DNA of 63,942 bases, the filler included, from Caldilineae bacterium (GTDB lineage: Bacteria > Chloroflexota > Anaerolineae > DTLA01): the NCBI GenBank assembly GCA_037446815.1. It is 3 parts of 3 records of this genome, joined end to end, with 100 filler letters (N's around TTAATTAATTAA, not from the genome) between each part and the next. Parts side by side here need not be neighbours in the genome. Positions count along the whole stretch, not along the records: positions 28,986 to 57,090 come from JBBIHX010000026.1; 2 more parts are not named here. The stretch is one strand, 5' to 3'. The position numbers were made by a program, and so were the translations under genes. Shown here one piece after another: positions 38,024 to 49,702 of this stretch. A model generated the notes under the pieces. That model saw only the letters and a program-made list of their open reading frames with translations. It did no database searches and was not told the DNA's origin. Positions within the stretch are counted from its first letter, which is position 1. Each line of letters opens with the position of its first letter.

Positions 38024-39264
38024 CGGTATCCTCCTGCGCGTTCTTGAAACCCGAGAATGCTCAGCGCCTTCTGGATCGGGGCGCTATTGGTGTACGTGCG
38101 CCATACGAGACCGCTCCGGTGGTTCTCAAGCATGATCATGGAGCACCCCTTGTTGATGGCGTAGATGGACGTGCTGTACCACGGCGGATCCACGGACAGG
38201 TTGTACGAGTCAAAGAAGCCGTATGGCCCCCAGGTCTTGGGGTGGTGTTCGTACAGGTAGCCCATCATCTCCATCGTTTCCTGGGGTAAGAAGGGCAGGC
38301 AGGCGATGGCGGCGGAGATGCAGACCGTCCCGTTGTGGTGTGGGCCGCGCAGGCAAGGCGTGCTGCCGGAGACATCGTAGCCCCACGGGCTGTCGCCGGC
38401 GCTCAGGCCCCAACTGCGGCTGTGGTACGCCGGGTGCTCGTGGGCGTGCGCTATGCAGAAACTGCGGTTGGCGAGCGCGGCCCAGCGGGTGTTGGCGAAC
38501 CAGTCCACGCCGTCGGGGTCCAGGTAGCGGGCGGTATCCAGCCAGGCCTCGGTGTACTGATAGGCGAACAGCGTGCCGCCCGGGTTGATGATGATGGGCT
38601 GGCCCTCGTAGTAGCCGATGTCGCGCGAGAACCCGCGATAGAGGCTAACGGCGACCGCGGGGTCTAGCCGTGGGGCGGCCTGCAGGTACATCATCTTCTG
38701 CTCGGCGGCCATGTCCCACTGGCTGATGAAGCCCGGCGTGCCCTGAACGTAGTCGCCGCCCTCGTCTGGATTGTAGGCCATGCGAAAGAGCGTCTTGCCG
38801 CCCTGCTCAAAGACGATGAATTCCCAGTCCACCTGCTCCAGCAACTGCTGGGCGCGCTCGGCGATTTCCCCGTCCTCGCCGAAGTATGCGGCAGCGGTGA
38901 TGACGCCGTTCAGGCAGAGGGCGGTGTCAATCGTGGAGTACTCGCATTTTCCGAACCGAGCGCCGCTCTGCATGTGGAGGAAATGGGCGAAGAAGCCACG
39001 GTGGTGGGCGGCGGTGTCGCAGAGCGTGCGGAGCGTCCCGCGCACAATGTCGCGCGCCTGGGCTTTGGGCAGGAATCCGCGCTCCGCCGCGATGACCCAT
39101 GCCGTGAGCGCGAAGCCCACGGCCGCGATGGACGCGACGCCGGGCTTCTTGGTAGAGTCCGCCGTCAGCCCGAAGCCTGGGCTGTCGGGGGACAGGTTTG
39201 TGAACTGCAGGAAGAACTCCAGAGAGCCCTGCAGTTCGCGCTCAATGAGCGACTCCGAGTCCAT
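38020..39264 (-). CDS. Glucoamylase-like/DUF3131 (GH144-like) glycoside hydrolase, cytoplasmic
   Basis: ASIAAVGFAL, HRGFFAHF, STIDTAL, GTLFAYQY, WGLSAGDSP, GPYGFFDSYN. Confidence 0.75.
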   Translation of the reverse strand: MDSESLIERELQGSLEFFLQFTNLSPDSPGFGLTADSTKKPGVASIAAVGFALTAWVIAAERGFLPKAQARDIVRGTLRTLCDTAAHHRGFFAHFLHMQSGARFGKCEYSTIDTALCLNGVITAAAYFGEDGEIAERAQQLLEQVDWEFIVFEQGGKTLFRMAYNPDEGGDYVQGTPGFISQWDMAAEQKMMYLQAAPRLDPAVAVSLYRGFSRDIGYYEGQPIIINPGGTLFAYQYTEAWLDTARYLDPDGVDWFANTRWAALANRSFCIAHAHEHPAYHSRSWGLSAGDSPWGYDVSGSTPCLRGPHHNGTVCISAAIACLPFLPQETMEMMGYLYEHHPKTWGPYGFFDSYNLSVDPPWYSTSIYAINKGCSMIMLENHRSGLVWRTYTNSAPIQKALSILGFQERAGGYR

Positions 39265-39433
39265 ACATGCTCCTTGACATAAGGTTGTGCACGCCTGTCG
39301 CCCTGAATAGACGGAGTGGCCCTGCCGGCCCGGGCCGGGCTAGGGTGTCGGCATTTGGCCTGCGCGGAGCGGGCGGCGCGTCGCCCTGGCGGCTCGCCTC
39401 GGGGCGTACCGTCGTGCCACGGGCCAGGCCGCT

Positions 39434-40447
39434 TTATCCGTCGTGGGCCGCGCCGTCCCGCGCGACGCGCTCCCTGGCCTTCAGCAGGGCGGACGACTGG
39501 CGTGGTATGAAATGCGTCGGGATGCGCTGGGGCCGAAACGGTGTGCCGCTCTCCAGGAACTCTAGCAACTGCCGGACGGCTGTCGCTCCCCACTCAAATC
39601 GGGACGCGCCCACGGTGGAGAGCGGGGGCTCCACGTAGCGGGCCAGGGGGATATCGTCAAAGCCGACAACGGCGATGTCCGAGGGGGCGCTCAATCCGTG
39701 CTCTTTCATCGCCCGCAAGAAGCCCAGCGCCATCTGGTCGTTGGCGCAGAAGACGGCGTCGGGCAGCGGATTGTCCCGCAAGATGGCCTTCGCCGCCTCA
39801 TATCCGGAGGCTTCGGTGAAGTTCCCCTGGTACACGGGCACGCGCAAGTTGTGCTGTTCCGCCGCGCGCAGGAAGACCTCCATACGTTCGGCGTTGTCAA
39901 TGGAATCCGGCGCGCCGGCGACAAATGCCATGCGGCGGGCGCCCTGCTGGTGCAGATGCTGGAATGCCTCTCGGACTCCCTGCGCGTTGTCCAGCAGAAT
40001 CGGGAGCACGAAGTCGTTTCCCAGCAGCCGATCCAGCACAACGATGGGGAAGCGCCGCGACGCCAGTTTCAGCACGGTCTCGTGGGAGACGCTGGAGTCA
40101 AAGAGGATGGCTCCATCCGCCTGGCGGTACAATAACATACGTCGGGGGGAGCGCGTTTCCGGGCAGACGAGCAGTTCGTAGTCCGTTTCCAGGATGACGC
40201 TGTGGATTCCCTCCAGGATCTCCTCGTAGAACGAGCCGCCGAAGCGGGTGATGAACACGGCGATGGTCTGCGTCTTCCGCTTCTTCAGGTGGCGGGCGAA
40301 CCCGTTGGGATGGTAATTAAGTTCTTCGGCGGCCTCCAGCACGCGCTTGCGCGTGGCCTCGCTGATGGTGCCCGTGTTGTTCAGCGCGTAGGAAGCGGTG
40401 GTAACGCTCACCCCGGCGCGTTGGGCTACATCTCGGATTGTGGTCAT
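39434..40447 (-). CDS. LacI-family transcriptional regulator
   Basis: TIRDVAQRAGVSVTTASYALN, FCANDQMA, VVGFDD. Confidence 0.95.
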   Translation of the reverse strand: MTTIRDVAQRAGVSVTTASYALNNTGTISEATRKRVLEAAEELNYHPNGFARHLKKRKTQTIAVFITRFGGSFYEEILEGIHSVILETDYELLVCPETRSPRRMLLYRQADGAILFDSSVSHETVLKLASRRFPIVVLDRLLGNDFVLPILLDNAQGVREAFQHLHQQGARRMAFVAGAPDSIDNAERMEVFLRAAEQHNLRVPVYQGNFTEASGYEAAKAILRDNPLPDAVFCANDQMALGFLRAMKEHGLSAPSDIAVVGFDDIPLARYVEPPLSTVGASRFEWGATAVRQLLEFLESGTPFRPQRIPTHFIPRQSSALLKARERVARDGAAHDG

Positions 40448-40480
40448 CCCTCGTCCTCTCCGGAACGGAATCGGTCTCGG

Positions 40481-41869
40481 CTACGGTTGGCGCGCGATTC
40501 CCAGCCTTGCCAGCCCGTTGAGTATGTGCTCGTTCCGCATAGTGATGGCATATACCAAGTTGTTCTCGTAGTTTGCCAGCATGAGCAGGGAAACGCCCTT
40601 GTCAATGCCGATGACGTCGCTGGCATACCAGTCCTCGCTCAGGTTGTAGGCATCCTTGAAGCCGTAGCGCCCCTTGAGGGGCTCTATGCTGTAGTAGTGC
40701 AGCATGGCCTGGGCCGACTCCTGGGGCAGGAACAGGATTGAGGCGATGGCGGCATAGGGCGGAACGGTGTCGTCCACCTTGTGGGCCTTGTTATCGTAGC
40801 CCGAGGGCGGCGCTCCGTACAGGCCATTGTACCCCTTGGGGCCGTCGCAGGCGCTCAGCCCCCAGGAGAGGGGACCGAGGGTCTTGCACCGATCCTGCGC
40901 GGCAACGGCGAAGTCGTAGTGCGCCCTGGCGGCCCGCACCGAGTTCTGAAACCAGTCCACGCCCTCGCGGTCGCGGTAGCCGCGAAAATCTATCCAGGCG
41001 TGGCTGAACTGGTAGGTGAACAGGGAGCCGAACCACGAGTGGATGAACGGCTCGCCCGCTCCGTATCGTGCGACGTGGCGGGTGAAGCCGTAGTAGGGGC
41101 GGTCGTCGGTGGGGTGGGTGGGCGAACCGGCGGCCAGGACGTACAGCATCAGTTGCTCGGCGTAGAAGTCCCAGTAGCCCTCAAACCCCTTTTCGGGGCG
41201 GTAGGCCATGCGGAACATCTGCCGGGATTCGTCCACAAACCAGGGCCAGTCCACCGCGCGGTAGATTTCATCGGCCTTGGCCTGTATCTCCCCGCCGAAA
41301 TACTCGCCGGCGGTGAGGACGCCCATCAGCAGGATGGCCGTGTCAATGCTGGAGACCTCGCTGCTCCATGCGCGCCGCCCGGTCTGCATGTCCACGAAAT
41401 GGTAGAAGAAGCCGTGTTCGCGCGGCATGTTCATCAGGGTGTCCAGCGTTCGGCTAACCCGCTCCGCCGCCTCGTCGCGTGAGATGTAGCCCTTCTCCAC
41501 GCCGATGGGGTAGGCCGTGAGGGCAAAGCCAACCGCCGCGATGCTGGAGATGCCCGGGGAACCCGGGTATCGGTCGCGCACCAGTCCGTACCCCGGGCTG
41601 GACGCATCCGTGTTCGCTTGCTCCCAGAAGAAGTCAAACGCGCCCTTCATCTCGTAGGCGATTGCGGCTTCTAGCGAGGCGGTTTCGGCGGGCGTCGGAG
41701 GGAGCGCCGTCGCCGTCGGGGTGGGAGACGCAGGCGGGGCGGTCGCCGTATGGGTAGCCGCGATGGCAGCGCCCGTGGGCGTGGGAGTCGCGGGCGCGGG
41801 CGTTGCCGGCCGAGCGCACCCGGCCACCAATGCCAGCAGGATGACACACGCAAGGGCGATTCTATTCAC
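40481..41869 (-). CDS. GH144-like endo-beta-1,2-glucanase lipoprotein
   Basis: Lipobox VAGC plus PT linker; SIAAVGFAL, HGFFYHF, SSIDTAIL, YAEQLMLY, GSLFTYQFSHAWIDFR, GIDKG; GTG start. Confidence 0.8.
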   Translation of the reverse strand: MNRIALACVILLALVAGCARPATPAPATPTPTGAAIAATHTATAPPASPTPTATALPPTPAETASLEAAIAYEMKGAFDFFWEQANTDASSPGYGLVRDRYPGSPGISSIAAVGFALTAYPIGVEKGYISRDEAAERVSRTLDTLMNMPREHGFFYHFVDMQTGRRAWSSEVSSIDTAILLMGVLTAGEYFGGEIQAKADEIYRAVDWPWFVDESRQMFRMAYRPEKGFEGYWDFYAEQLMLYVLAAGSPTHPTDDRPYYGFTRHVARYGAGEPFIHSWFGSLFTYQFSHAWIDFRGYRDREGVDWFQNSVRAARAHYDFAVAAQDRCKTLGPLSWGLSACDGPKGYNGLYGAPPSGYDNKAHKVDDTVPPYAAIASILFLPQESAQAMLHYYSIEPLKGRYGFKDAYNLSEDWYASDVIGIDKGVSLLMLANYENNLVYAITMRNEHILNGLARLGIARQP

Positions 41870-42800
41870 CGGTGATGCCCGTCCTTTCCACAGATTCAAC
41901 AAACCAGCGTTGCAGTATAAAGTACATGACCAGAAGAGGCAAGATATTCAGGAACGTGCCGCTCATTTTCACCGCTTCGTTGAGGCGGTCAAAGATGTTG
42001 ACCATCCCGGGCGGATACAGGTTCTCGTAGGCCTGCGCGAAGCGCGACAGTTGCATGGGGAGCGTGGTAACGCCGCCCTCCAGGAAGATGCTGGTGAGGA
42101 AGGTCTCGTTCCAGTACCACACGATGGAGAAGACGAGCGAGACGATGTAGGCGGGCAGCGCGTTAGGCATGGCGATGGTGAAGAAGATGCGCAGGTCCGA
42201 AGCGCCATCCAGCCGCGCCGATTCCTCCAGCACCTTGGGGAGGGAAAGAAAGAATTGGTAGAAAATGAGGATGAAGATGGCGCTGCGGTATCCCTGTCCG
42301 AGCGTGGCGGGCAGAATCAGGGCCAGAGGATTGCCGAGCAGCCCCAGATTGCGATAAGTGAGCATCTGCGGGATGACCGTGTTCTGGGGCGGGATGATGA
42401 AGGTGGCCAGGATGAGCAGGAGGACGAGGCTCTTCCCGCGGAAACGATAGCGCGCCAGGCCGTAGCCCACCAGCGACGCCACAAAAGTCTGGAGCACGGA
42501 CGGGATGACGCTGACCAGAATGGAAGCCAGCAGGGTGCGGGGGTAGTTCAGGACGCGGAAAGCCTTCTCGTAGTTGCCCAGGAACAACTCCGTGGGTACC
42601 CACTGCACCATCGGGTTCAGCAAATCCGAGGGGCTTTTGATGCTGGTAGCGAACATGAACAGCAGCGGGTACATGTACACGAAGCCGATGGTGATGAGCA
42701 GCGCATAGAGAACCGCAGTGGGCACCAGCCCCCGACGCGAGCGGCTGCCGAACAGGAAACCTCGTACCGAGTCCACAGCGGAGCGAGACACGAATGCCAT
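41862..42800 (-). CDS. Carbohydrate ABC permease (MalG-like)
   Basis: GYGLARYRFRGK, LEESARLDGAS (EAA loop), WYWNE. Confidence 0.92.
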   Translation of the reverse strand: MAFVSRSAVDSVRGFLFGSRSRRGLVPTAVLYALLITIGFVYMYPLLFMFATSIKSPSDLLNPMVQWVPTELFLGNYEKAFRVLNYPRTLLASILVSVIPSVLQTFVASLVGYGLARYRFRGKSLVLLLILATFIIPPQNTVIPQMLTYRNLGLLGNPLALILPATLGQGYRSAIFILIFYQFFLSLPKVLEESARLDGASDLRIFFTIAMPNALPAYIVSLVFSIVWYWNETFLTSIFLEGGVTTLPMQLSRFAQAYENLYPPGMVNIFDRLNEAVKMSGTFLNILPLLVMYFILQRWFVESVERTGITGE

Positions 42801-43687
42801 TAGCGCCTCCCCTTCTTGGCCCACTGCGTGAGCAGGACGTAGATGATGCCCAGCAACACCAGCATGGCGGTGAGGTAGAGGAACGACATGGCGCTGGCAA
42901 AACCGATGCCGCCGTGAACGTCGTAAGTCTGGTCATAGACGTAGCGCACAACCTTGTTCTCTGAGAAGTGCGAGAGCGTGATGATGGTGTACACCGCGTT
43001 GATTACGGTTGCCGTTGAAAGGGAGGGGAGGGTGATCTTCCAGAACATCTCCCAGCCCGACGCGCCGTCCACAGCCGCCGCCTCATAGAGGCTCTTGTCC
43101 ACTTTCTGCAGGCTCGCCAGGTAGATGAGAATCTGCACCCCCGAGAACCACAGGATGAGGATAAACGAGGTGAGGAGATATTCCGCCGGGCCGCGGAGCG
43201 CGCGCGGCAGTTGGGTCAAGAAGTCCGCCACCGCCGGCAAGTTGGCGATGCCCGGCGCAGATGTGGCTCCTTGCGCCGTCAGTTCCCGTATGACGGGGCC
43301 ACTCGTGATGACGACCGGCAGGAAGAAGATGGTGCGAAACAGTCCCTTGAGCCTGAAATTCTGGTTCAGGAATAGGGCGATGATCATGGAGAAGATTAGC
43401 ACGATGGGCACGGAAACCAGGGTTTCCACCGTGTAGCCGATGAGCAGTTCCACGAAGTTGGGGTCGGTGAACAGGGCGCGGGTGTAGTTGGCCCACTGCA
43501 CGAATTCCATCTTGATGCCGGTGGCGATGACGGTAACCTGATTCACGCTGTAGCGGAACGTCTCGGCAAGCGGCCACATGGTGAACAGCAGAAAGCCGAC
43601 AATCCAGACCGCGACGAAGCCGTAGCCTTGCAGGGCCTCGCGCAGGCGCAGCGTGAGTCGGGCGCGGGGAAGATCGCGGGTCGTCAT
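42800..43687 (-). CDS. Carbohydrate ABC permease (MalF-like)
   Basis: [33 protein letters not shown]. Confidence 0.92.
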   Translation of the reverse strand: MTTRDLPRARLTLRLREALQGYGFVAVWIVGFLLFTMWPLAETFRYSVNQVTVIATGIKMEFVQWANYTRALFTDPNFVELLIGYTVETLVSVPIVLIFSMIIALFLNQNFRLKGLFRTIFFLPVVITSGPVIRELTAQGATSAPGIANLPAVADFLTQLPRALRGPAEYLLTSFILILWFSGVQILIYLASLQKVDKSLYEAAAVDGASGWEMFWKITLPSLSTATVINAVYTIITLSHFSENKVVRYVYDQTYDVHGGIGFASAMSFLYLTAMLVLLGIIYVLLTQWAKKGRR

Positions 43688-45876
43688 GGCACATTCTCCA
43701 CAAGAGCAGCACTCTTCGCCCCGATGCTGCGTTGGGCATAGGTGAAGGGGCGATCCGTGTAGTTGACGACGATTTGCTTGCCGTTGGCGTAGGTGGTGGC
43801 AAACACGCCGTCGGCCAACTTCCGTCGGGCGATGATCTCTTGCCCCCGCACCGGCGCTAGCAGGGCGTTCAGCCAGCGGTACGATTGCTGAATCTGCTCG
43901 CCCCACTGCGCGTAGGATGACGTGTAAATCCAATACGAGGGCGTGTTGAGCATGTTTGCCGTGGGTTCGTGGGTCAGGAAATAGGACGGGTAGACGCCGA
44001 AATCGGCATGGCGCAACAGGTCTTCTTGCAGGTTGGGGGAGAAGTTCAACGCCTCTCCGTAGTAGGGCACGTAGCCCGCCAATACGATGGGCAGGAACGG
44101 CACCGCCTCGGATGCGTACACGTAGCCATTGTCGCCCAGCGGCATATCGTAGTACGCCTGGGCGATGCCCCAGAAGTAGTCGTTGGGGCGATAGAAACCG
44201 AGCGGCAGGCGCGATGCTGCCAGCAACTCAACATAGGCCCGGGCGGCTTGCTCGCGATTGAATGGAGGCTTCTCCCGGAAGTCGCTGTAGAGGGTGAATC
44301 CGATTCCGTCCAGCGCCAGGCCCCCGGCCAGGCGCGAGGCAACATCCTCCGCCAGGGCGGTATAGCGGCGCTGGAGGGCATCCAGGGTGAGGTAGAAGTT
44401 CGCGTACCGGTTGTAGCCTTCCAAGCGTTGGCTCGTGATGGACATCGCCAGGTCGTTGCGCGGCGAGTAGCCCGGCTCGCCCCAAAGCGCCGCCTGCGGG
44501 TCCAGGTAGAGCGAGAAGGCCCCGCCCGCCGCCGCAATGCGCTCCGCGAGGGCGATGAGGTCGCTCGCGCTGCCGAGCCTGCGCTCCAGTCTCAGGGATG
44601 TGGGCGGCATGCGCGACGCGCCAAGCGGCTGCCAGCCGTAGTAGATGACCTGCGGGTTGGGGATGTCCACGGCGGCGAGAATCTGGCCCACCTGGGCGAC
44701 GGTGGTCATGGGGACGAAGCGATGCCATAGCAGGACCCGCTCCTTGTCGCCGCCCAGGAATTCCAGGCGGATGCCGATGTTGGGGTTCGTCATGGGCGTC
44801 TTGTGGAGGCGGCCCCGCTCCACCAGGTACTGCCGATAACTGCGGGCCATGCCCACGTAGTCGGCCTCCTGCCCGGTCAGGAAGCGGTAGTGCATGACGA
44901 TGTCAAACGCATTGGTGTATCTCTGCACCATGGTAACGCCGGCGCCGGCGCGGTTGGTCGCCTGGAAGTAACTCTCGTTGTAGATGAATGCGTTGTGGAC
45001 GAAGTTGAAGTTGGTGATGATGCCCGCTGGATGCGCCTGGACCTCCGCGTAGGCGGCGCCCGACTCAACCACGCAGAGGAAGGCATTCTGCCCTTCGCCG
45101 TGTACCATGCCGAAGACCGGATAGGAGATGGGGTAAGGGCGGTTGACCCGCGGATCGTAGGGGAGCGAAGAAATCATGCCGAGGTCGGGGCCGTAGTAGC
45201 GCCCGTAGAACATGTTCTCGGCCTTGGTGGAATCGGCAAAACGGATGAGAGTCCCGGTGCCATCGGGGAGGAACATGTAGCCGGGAACGCTGCCGCCGCG
45301 CGTCGCGCCGAGGAACGGGTACAGGTACAGCACGCCGAGTCGGAACTTCGGGTCGCTCTCGCGGATGGCGTCAAACGGCACTTCCACCCGCACCCCGTCG
45401 GCCTCCAGTTGCAGGTTGACCCCGACGGTGATGCCAACATCCTGGAACGTTACGCGCGCGGAGATGCCCTGCGGTATCCGCGCCACCTCCAGTGTATGAG
45501 CGGCGTTGGTGATGGAGATGCGCTTGCTAATCGCCTTCTCATCCAGATACTGGATGCTGATGCCGCTTTGGGCGAAGGCTTGCCAGGGCTTGTTGAGGCG
45601 GTCGCCCTGAATCGTCTCGTCCACGCCGGAATGCCACAGGTAGCCGCTCCGCTTGTCCAGCAGTTTGAACGCCAGCGTGGCCGTGTCCACGTAGAGTCGG
45701 AATGCGTCGTTCTCCGCTACCGACTGGTAGGACGGGGGAATCTCCAGCGGGTCGGGAGGCGCGGCGGCAGCCCACGGCGACGATACCAGGGCGGCCAGGG
45801 CGAGGAGCGCCCCCAGAAGCCCGCGCGCGACATTGCAGCGCACTCGTTGTAGCGCAAACCGCTTACGTCTATCCAC
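43684..45876 (-). CDS. Secreted DUF5696-like protein
   Basis: Signal peptide; [47 protein letters not shown]; typical position in this ABC cluster type. Confidence 0.65.
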   Translation of the reverse strand: MDRRKRFALQRVRCNVARGLLGALLALAALVSSPWAAAAPPDPLEIPPSYQSVAENDAFRLYVDTATLAFKLLDKRSGYLWHSGVDETIQGDRLNKPWQAFAQSGISIQYLDEKAISKRISITNAAHTLEVARIPQGISARVTFQDVGITVGVNLQLEADGVRVEVPFDAIRESDPKFRLGVLYLYPFLGATRGGSVPGYMFLPDGTGTLIRFADSTKAENMFYGRYYGPDLGMISSLPYDPRVNRPYPISYPVFGMVHGEGQNAFLCVVESGAAYAEVQAHPAGIITNFNFVHNAFIYNESYFQATNRAGAGVTMVQRYTNAFDIVMHYRFLTGQEADYVGMARSYRQYLVERGRLHKTPMTNPNIGIRLEFLGGDKERVLLWHRFVPMTTVAQVGQILAAVDIPNPQVIYYGWQPLGASRMPPTSLRLERRLGSASDLIALAERIAAAGGAFSLYLDPQAALWGEPGYSPRNDLAMSITSQRLEGYNRYANFYLTLDALQRRYTALAEDVASRLAGGLALDGIGFTLYSDFREKPPFNREQAARAYVELLAASRLPLGFYRPNDYFWGIAQAYYDMPLGDNGYVYASEAVPFLPIVLAGYVPYYGEALNFSPNLQEDLLRHADFGVYPSYFLTHEPTANMLNTPSYWIYTSSYAQWGEQIQQSYRWLNALLAPVRGQEIIARRKLADGVFATTYANGKQIVVNYTDRPFTYAQRSIGAKSAALVENVP

Positions 45877-47878
45877 GCAAACCAACCTCTTGAACAATCG
45901 CCCAGATGAAGTCATACAATTGCCCAAACAGGACGTACAAGATGTAGCCGGCGAGCAGGATGATGGCCATGGTGAACAGCGTGGTCAGGATGTTCTTCAC
46001 GGTTTCGGAGAACGAGTAGTTGTGCACCTCTTTCACCATGATGAACAGCATGAGACCCGTCCAGGCCCACATGAGTTGGGTGGAGAAACGGTAGATGAAG
46101 ATTTCGTTCAGCGTGAGCACGTTGGACAGCAGCGCGATGGGCAACGCAAACAATGCGTAGGGGAACAGGCTGTACGCGCTGCCGATGACGACGTCGCGGA
46201 AGCGGCCTTCGCCGTCGCTGATGGTGGACACCAGGTAGTTCGCCACGTTCCACAGGATGAGCGGCAGAATCGTGTAGATAACCTCCGTATCCACGCGGAT
46301 GTACGACGGGCTTGGATAGGGGCTGAAGACGAAGCCTGTGACGTACAGCGCCAGGATTCGGACGACCACCACCCATGCGTAGAGCAGGAGGGCGAACAGC
46401 AGGCTGCCCCGAAGGTTCTTCTTGATGTAGTAGAAACTGTCGGCGGGATGCTTGATGAATCGGAACATGAACACGAAATCGTCCACCAGGCGCACCTTGC
46501 GCGCCTGTCGCGCCCAGCGGCGGAGCGGGTCTAGCCAGCGGCGGCGTCGCTCCGCGCGGGTCAACACCGCCGAGCCCACCCACAGGCCCAGGGCGCCGAG
46601 GAGGGCATTGCCCAAATGGCGCTGGAGAACCACGTTGCGCAATTCCCAGAACGTCTCGGAATATCCGTTCCGATCCTCGGCGTGGCGGTAGTAGGCGAGC
46701 GCCTGCGGGTAGTTGCTCTGCTGGTAGTAGGCGTTGGCGATGGCCTGGTAGGCCATGATGAACAGCCCGTTGTAGGTCAGCACCTGCTCAAAATAGGGCT
46801 GCGCCTCCGTGTAGAACCCTTCCATGTACAGGCGCACGCCCTCATGAACCGTCTTGGCGAAGTCTGTGGCGCGGTACGTAACGATCGCGTTCTTGTCCTT
46901 GTCCAGGACGTAGAGCGTGTCGCCCGCGCGCTCAATGGCCGTCGGGTTGCGCAAGGTGCCCAGGCGCTGCTCGCCCCTGTCCTGCGCGCCGAAGACAAAC
47001 AGCAGCGTGCCGTTCAGGTCGTACTCGTAGATTCGTCCGTCGGCGTCCACGGTTACCATGAGGCCATCGTCGCTGACATCAATGTCGCGGAAAGTCGTGG
47101 ACCCGTACACGCCGTGGAACAGGTTCTTGCCCGAAATGGCGAACTTGCGGATGCTCTGGGTGCGGGCTGTGCCGGCGGTAATCGTGTACACCAGCGACCG
47201 CCGATCAATGGCGACGTTGGATGGCGACGCCGCCTCGTTCTTGATGAACTGCTCCAGTTGCTCTTTGGTGAGGAACATGCGCTGCAAGATCATCTTGAGC
47301 GACATCTGGGCCGTGTTCGCGCCGAAGTAGCCGATGAAGTTGCCGTAGGTGTTCATCATCACCAGCCCGTCCACCGAGCCCTCGCTCACGATGTACAGGT
47401 TCTTGCGGGCGTCCACGGCCACCTTGCGCGGCAAGAACTCCCGCTTCCTTCCGAAGAGCGGTTCAGACGGCCGCCCGAATTGGTTGACCACGCTGCCGTC
47501 CCTGTCCAGGATGACGACGGTATTGTTTCCGCCGTCGGCGATGTACAGGGTTCCCTGCTCGTCCACAAACAAGCCGGTGGGCGATTTCAGGATTCCCTTC
47601 CCGAATTCGGCGGCGACCTGGAACTCGCCGTCCAGCCGAACGATGCGACCGTTGCCCGTGTCGGCGATGTACAGGAAGCCGTCGGGCGCAAGGCACATGT
47701 CCTCGGGTTGCGACAAGGGCAGGTCAACCTCGTCCAGCGGACTGTACGCCTCCTGGGTCGGGTACAGCCACCTGCCAGGCCCCATCGTCCAGGTGGTGTA
47801 AGGCGAACGCGCGTAGACCGGCGCGCTTGCGGCGCTCATCACCAGGAGCAAGATTAGCAGGGTCGCGACTCGTCTCAT
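45869..47878 (-). CDS. NHL-repeat beta-propeller + TPR + YIP1-like membrane domain protein
   Basis: [26 protein letters not shown] repeats; helical TPR-like segment; C-terminal HPADSFY and TM bundle. Confidence 0.8.
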   Translation of the reverse strand: MRRVATLLILLLVMSAASAPVYARSPYTTWTMGPGRWLYPTQEAYSPLDEVDLPLSQPEDMCLAPDGFLYIADTGNGRIVRLDGEFQVAAEFGKGILKSPTGLFVDEQGTLYIADGGNNTVVILDRDGSVVNQFGRPSEPLFGRKREFLPRKVAVDARKNLYIVSEGSVDGLVMMNTYGNFIGYFGANTAQMSLKMILQRMFLTKEQLEQFIKNEAASPSNVAIDRRSLVYTITAGTARTQSIRKFAISGKNLFHGVYGSTTFRDIDVSDDGLMVTVDADGRIYEYDLNGTLLFVFGAQDRGEQRLGTLRNPTAIERAGDTLYVLDKDKNAIVTYRATDFAKTVHEGVRLYMEGFYTEAQPYFEQVLTYNGLFIMAYQAIANAYYQQSNYPQALAYYRHAEDRNGYSETFWELRNVVLQRHLGNALLGALGLWVGSAVLTRAERRRRWLDPLRRWARQARKVRLVDDFVFMFRFIKHPADSFYYIKKNLRGSLLFALLLYAWVVVVRILALYVTGFVFSPYPSPSYIRVDTEVIYTILPLILWNVANYLVSTISDGEGRFRDVVIGSAYSLFPYALFALPIALLSNVLTLNEIFIYRFSTQLMWAWTGLMLFIMVKEVHNYSFSETVKNILTTLFTMAIILLAGYILYVLFGQLYDFIWAIVQEVGLRG

Positions 47879-48780
47879 TTCAACCCCGAATGCGACATGG
47901 TGCTCATGACCTGACTCTGGAGCACGATGAAGACGATGAGATTGGGCAGGAACATGATGAGGGCTGCCGCGGCGGCGATGCCCTGGCCTGCCACGACGTT
48001 GGCGCCCGTGGCGGTGGCGGTCAATGTGCTTAGGTAAAACGCGAACGTTCGCAGGCTCTCCGTGGTAACGTAGAGCGTGGAAGAGTCGGCGCTGTTCCAA
48101 ACGGCCTGGAACGTGAGGATGGCGATGGTGGCGATGGCGGGGCGAACCATGGGCAGGATGATGCGCCGATAAATGGCCCAGTCCGACGCGCCGTCTATCT
48201 GGGCGGCCTCAATGAGTTCGTTGGGGATGACGTCCATGAACTGCTTCAGCAGGAACACGCCGACCGGCATGGCCAGGACGGGAAGCACGTGCACCCAGAA
48301 CGTGTCCAGCAGGTTGAGTTTCTCAATCACCAGGAAGCGCGGGATGTTCACGGCGATGGGCACGAACATCAGCGCCACGGTGTTGATGGCAAACAGCGTC
48401 TGTTTGAGCCGGAAACGCTTCTTGGAGAGGGCGTAGGCCGCTGTGCTGGAGACGAAGATGGATGCGGCGACCGTGGCGAGGGCGATGACGATGCTGTTAA
48501 ACAGATACCGGCTGACCGGAATGCCCGAAGTGGACATGCGGGCGAACAGGTCCGTAAAGTTCTTGGCGGTGGGGTTGACCACGAAGAATCGCGGCGGATA
48601 GGCGAACAGTTCGTCCAGCGGCTTGAAGGCGTTGGAGAAGATGAAGACGATGGGCAGCATCATGAAAGCCGCCAGGGGCAACAGGATGGCGTAGAACTTC
48701 AGTTGGCTGACGTGAAACCCTCGCGGGTTGATGCCTCGGTTGCTCACGCCCGTGTAGCGGCGAAACCAGTGCTTGCTCAT
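47875..48780 (-). CDS. Carbohydrate ABC permease (MalG-like)
   Basis: [25 protein letters not shown]. Confidence 0.92.
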   Translation of the reverse strand: MSKHWFRRYTGVSNRGINPRGFHVSQLKFYAILLPLAAFMMLPIVFIFSNAFKPLDELFAYPPRFFVVNPTAKNFTDLFARMSTSGIPVSRYLFNSIVIALATVAASIFVSSTAAYALSKKRFRLKQTLFAINTVALMFVPIAVNIPRFLVIEKLNLLDTFWVHVLPVLAMPVGVFLLKQFMDVIPNELIEAAQIDGASDWAIYRRIILPMVRPAIATIAILTFQAVWNSADSSTLYVTTESLRTFAFYLSTLTATATGANVVAGQGIAAAAALIMFLPNLIVFIVLQSQVMSTMSHSGLK

Positions 48781-48787
48781 CTGCTCA

Positions 48788-49702
48788 TCAGTCCTTGCTT
48801 GCGAACAGTCGGTTGGACAGGCGGGTGAAGAAGAGCACCATCAGCAGCAGGACAACCGACACAGCAGCGGCGTAGCCCATCTCGTAGCGCAAGAACCCGT
48901 AGTCCTCAATGTGGTTGACGATGAGTTGGCCGGCATACTGGGGCGTGGGATTGCTGCCCGACAGCGTTACGCCAATGGCGCCGGCCTGGAATGTGCCCAC
49001 GATGGCCATCACCGCCCCGAATAGCATCTGCGGTTTCATGGACGGGATGGTGATGTAGAAAATCTCCTGCCAGCGGCTTTTCACGCCATCCAGGGCGGCG
49101 GCCTCATACAGTTCGGGGTTGATGTCCAGGATTCCCGCCAGCATGGCCAGGAACCCAATGCCCATGCTGCTCCACAGCGTAACCACAATCATGATGGGCA
49201 TGAGATAGTGGGGGGACTGTAGCCACTGCACCGGCTCCTGGATGATCCCAAGCCCCATGAGAAAACTGTTCATGTAGCCGGTCTGGTCGCCGCTGAACAG
49301 CGTCTTCCAGACGACGGCCATGGCGACGCCCCCCGTCATGGAGGGCGAATACAGGATGAGGGCGAAGAGCGTGCGCGGCAGGCGGGGCAGTTGGGCCAAA
49401 ATCCACGCCAGCAGAAACGCCAGCGCGTACCCGCCCGGCCCAACGATGACCGCGAACTCAATGGTGTTGGGCAGGACGTACTTCATGAAGGTGTCGTCCT
49501 GGGTGAGCAGGGTGATGTAGTTGCGAAGCCCGATGAAGCGCGGGAACTGGATGGTATCAAAGAACGTGAACGATAGCAGGACTGCTGCCAGGACGGGCAC
49601 GACGATGAAGATGATGAACAGCAGCGCGTACATGGACAGGAAGGCGTAGGCGCTGCCTTCGCCATTGTTCACCCGCTTCTTGAGAAATCCCTTACCGAGC
49701 AT
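48788..49702 (-). CDS. Carbohydrate ABC permease (MalF-like)
   Basis: [25 protein letters not shown]. Confidence 0.92.
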   Translation of the reverse strand: MLGKGFLKKRVNNGEGSAYAFLSMYALLFIIFIVVPVLAAVLLSFTFFDTIQFPRFIGLRNYITLLTQDDTFMKYVLPNTIEFAVIVGPGGYALAFLLAWILAQLPRLPRTLFALILYSPSMTGGVAMAVVWKTLFSGDQTGYMNSFLMGLGIIQEPVQWLQSPHYLMPIMIVVTLWSSMGIGFLAMLAGILDINPELYEAAALDGVKSRWQEIFYITIPSMKPQMLFGAVMAIVGTFQAGAIGVTLSGSNPTPQYAGQLIVNHIEDYGFLRYEMGYAAAVSVVLLLMVLFFTRLSNRLFASKD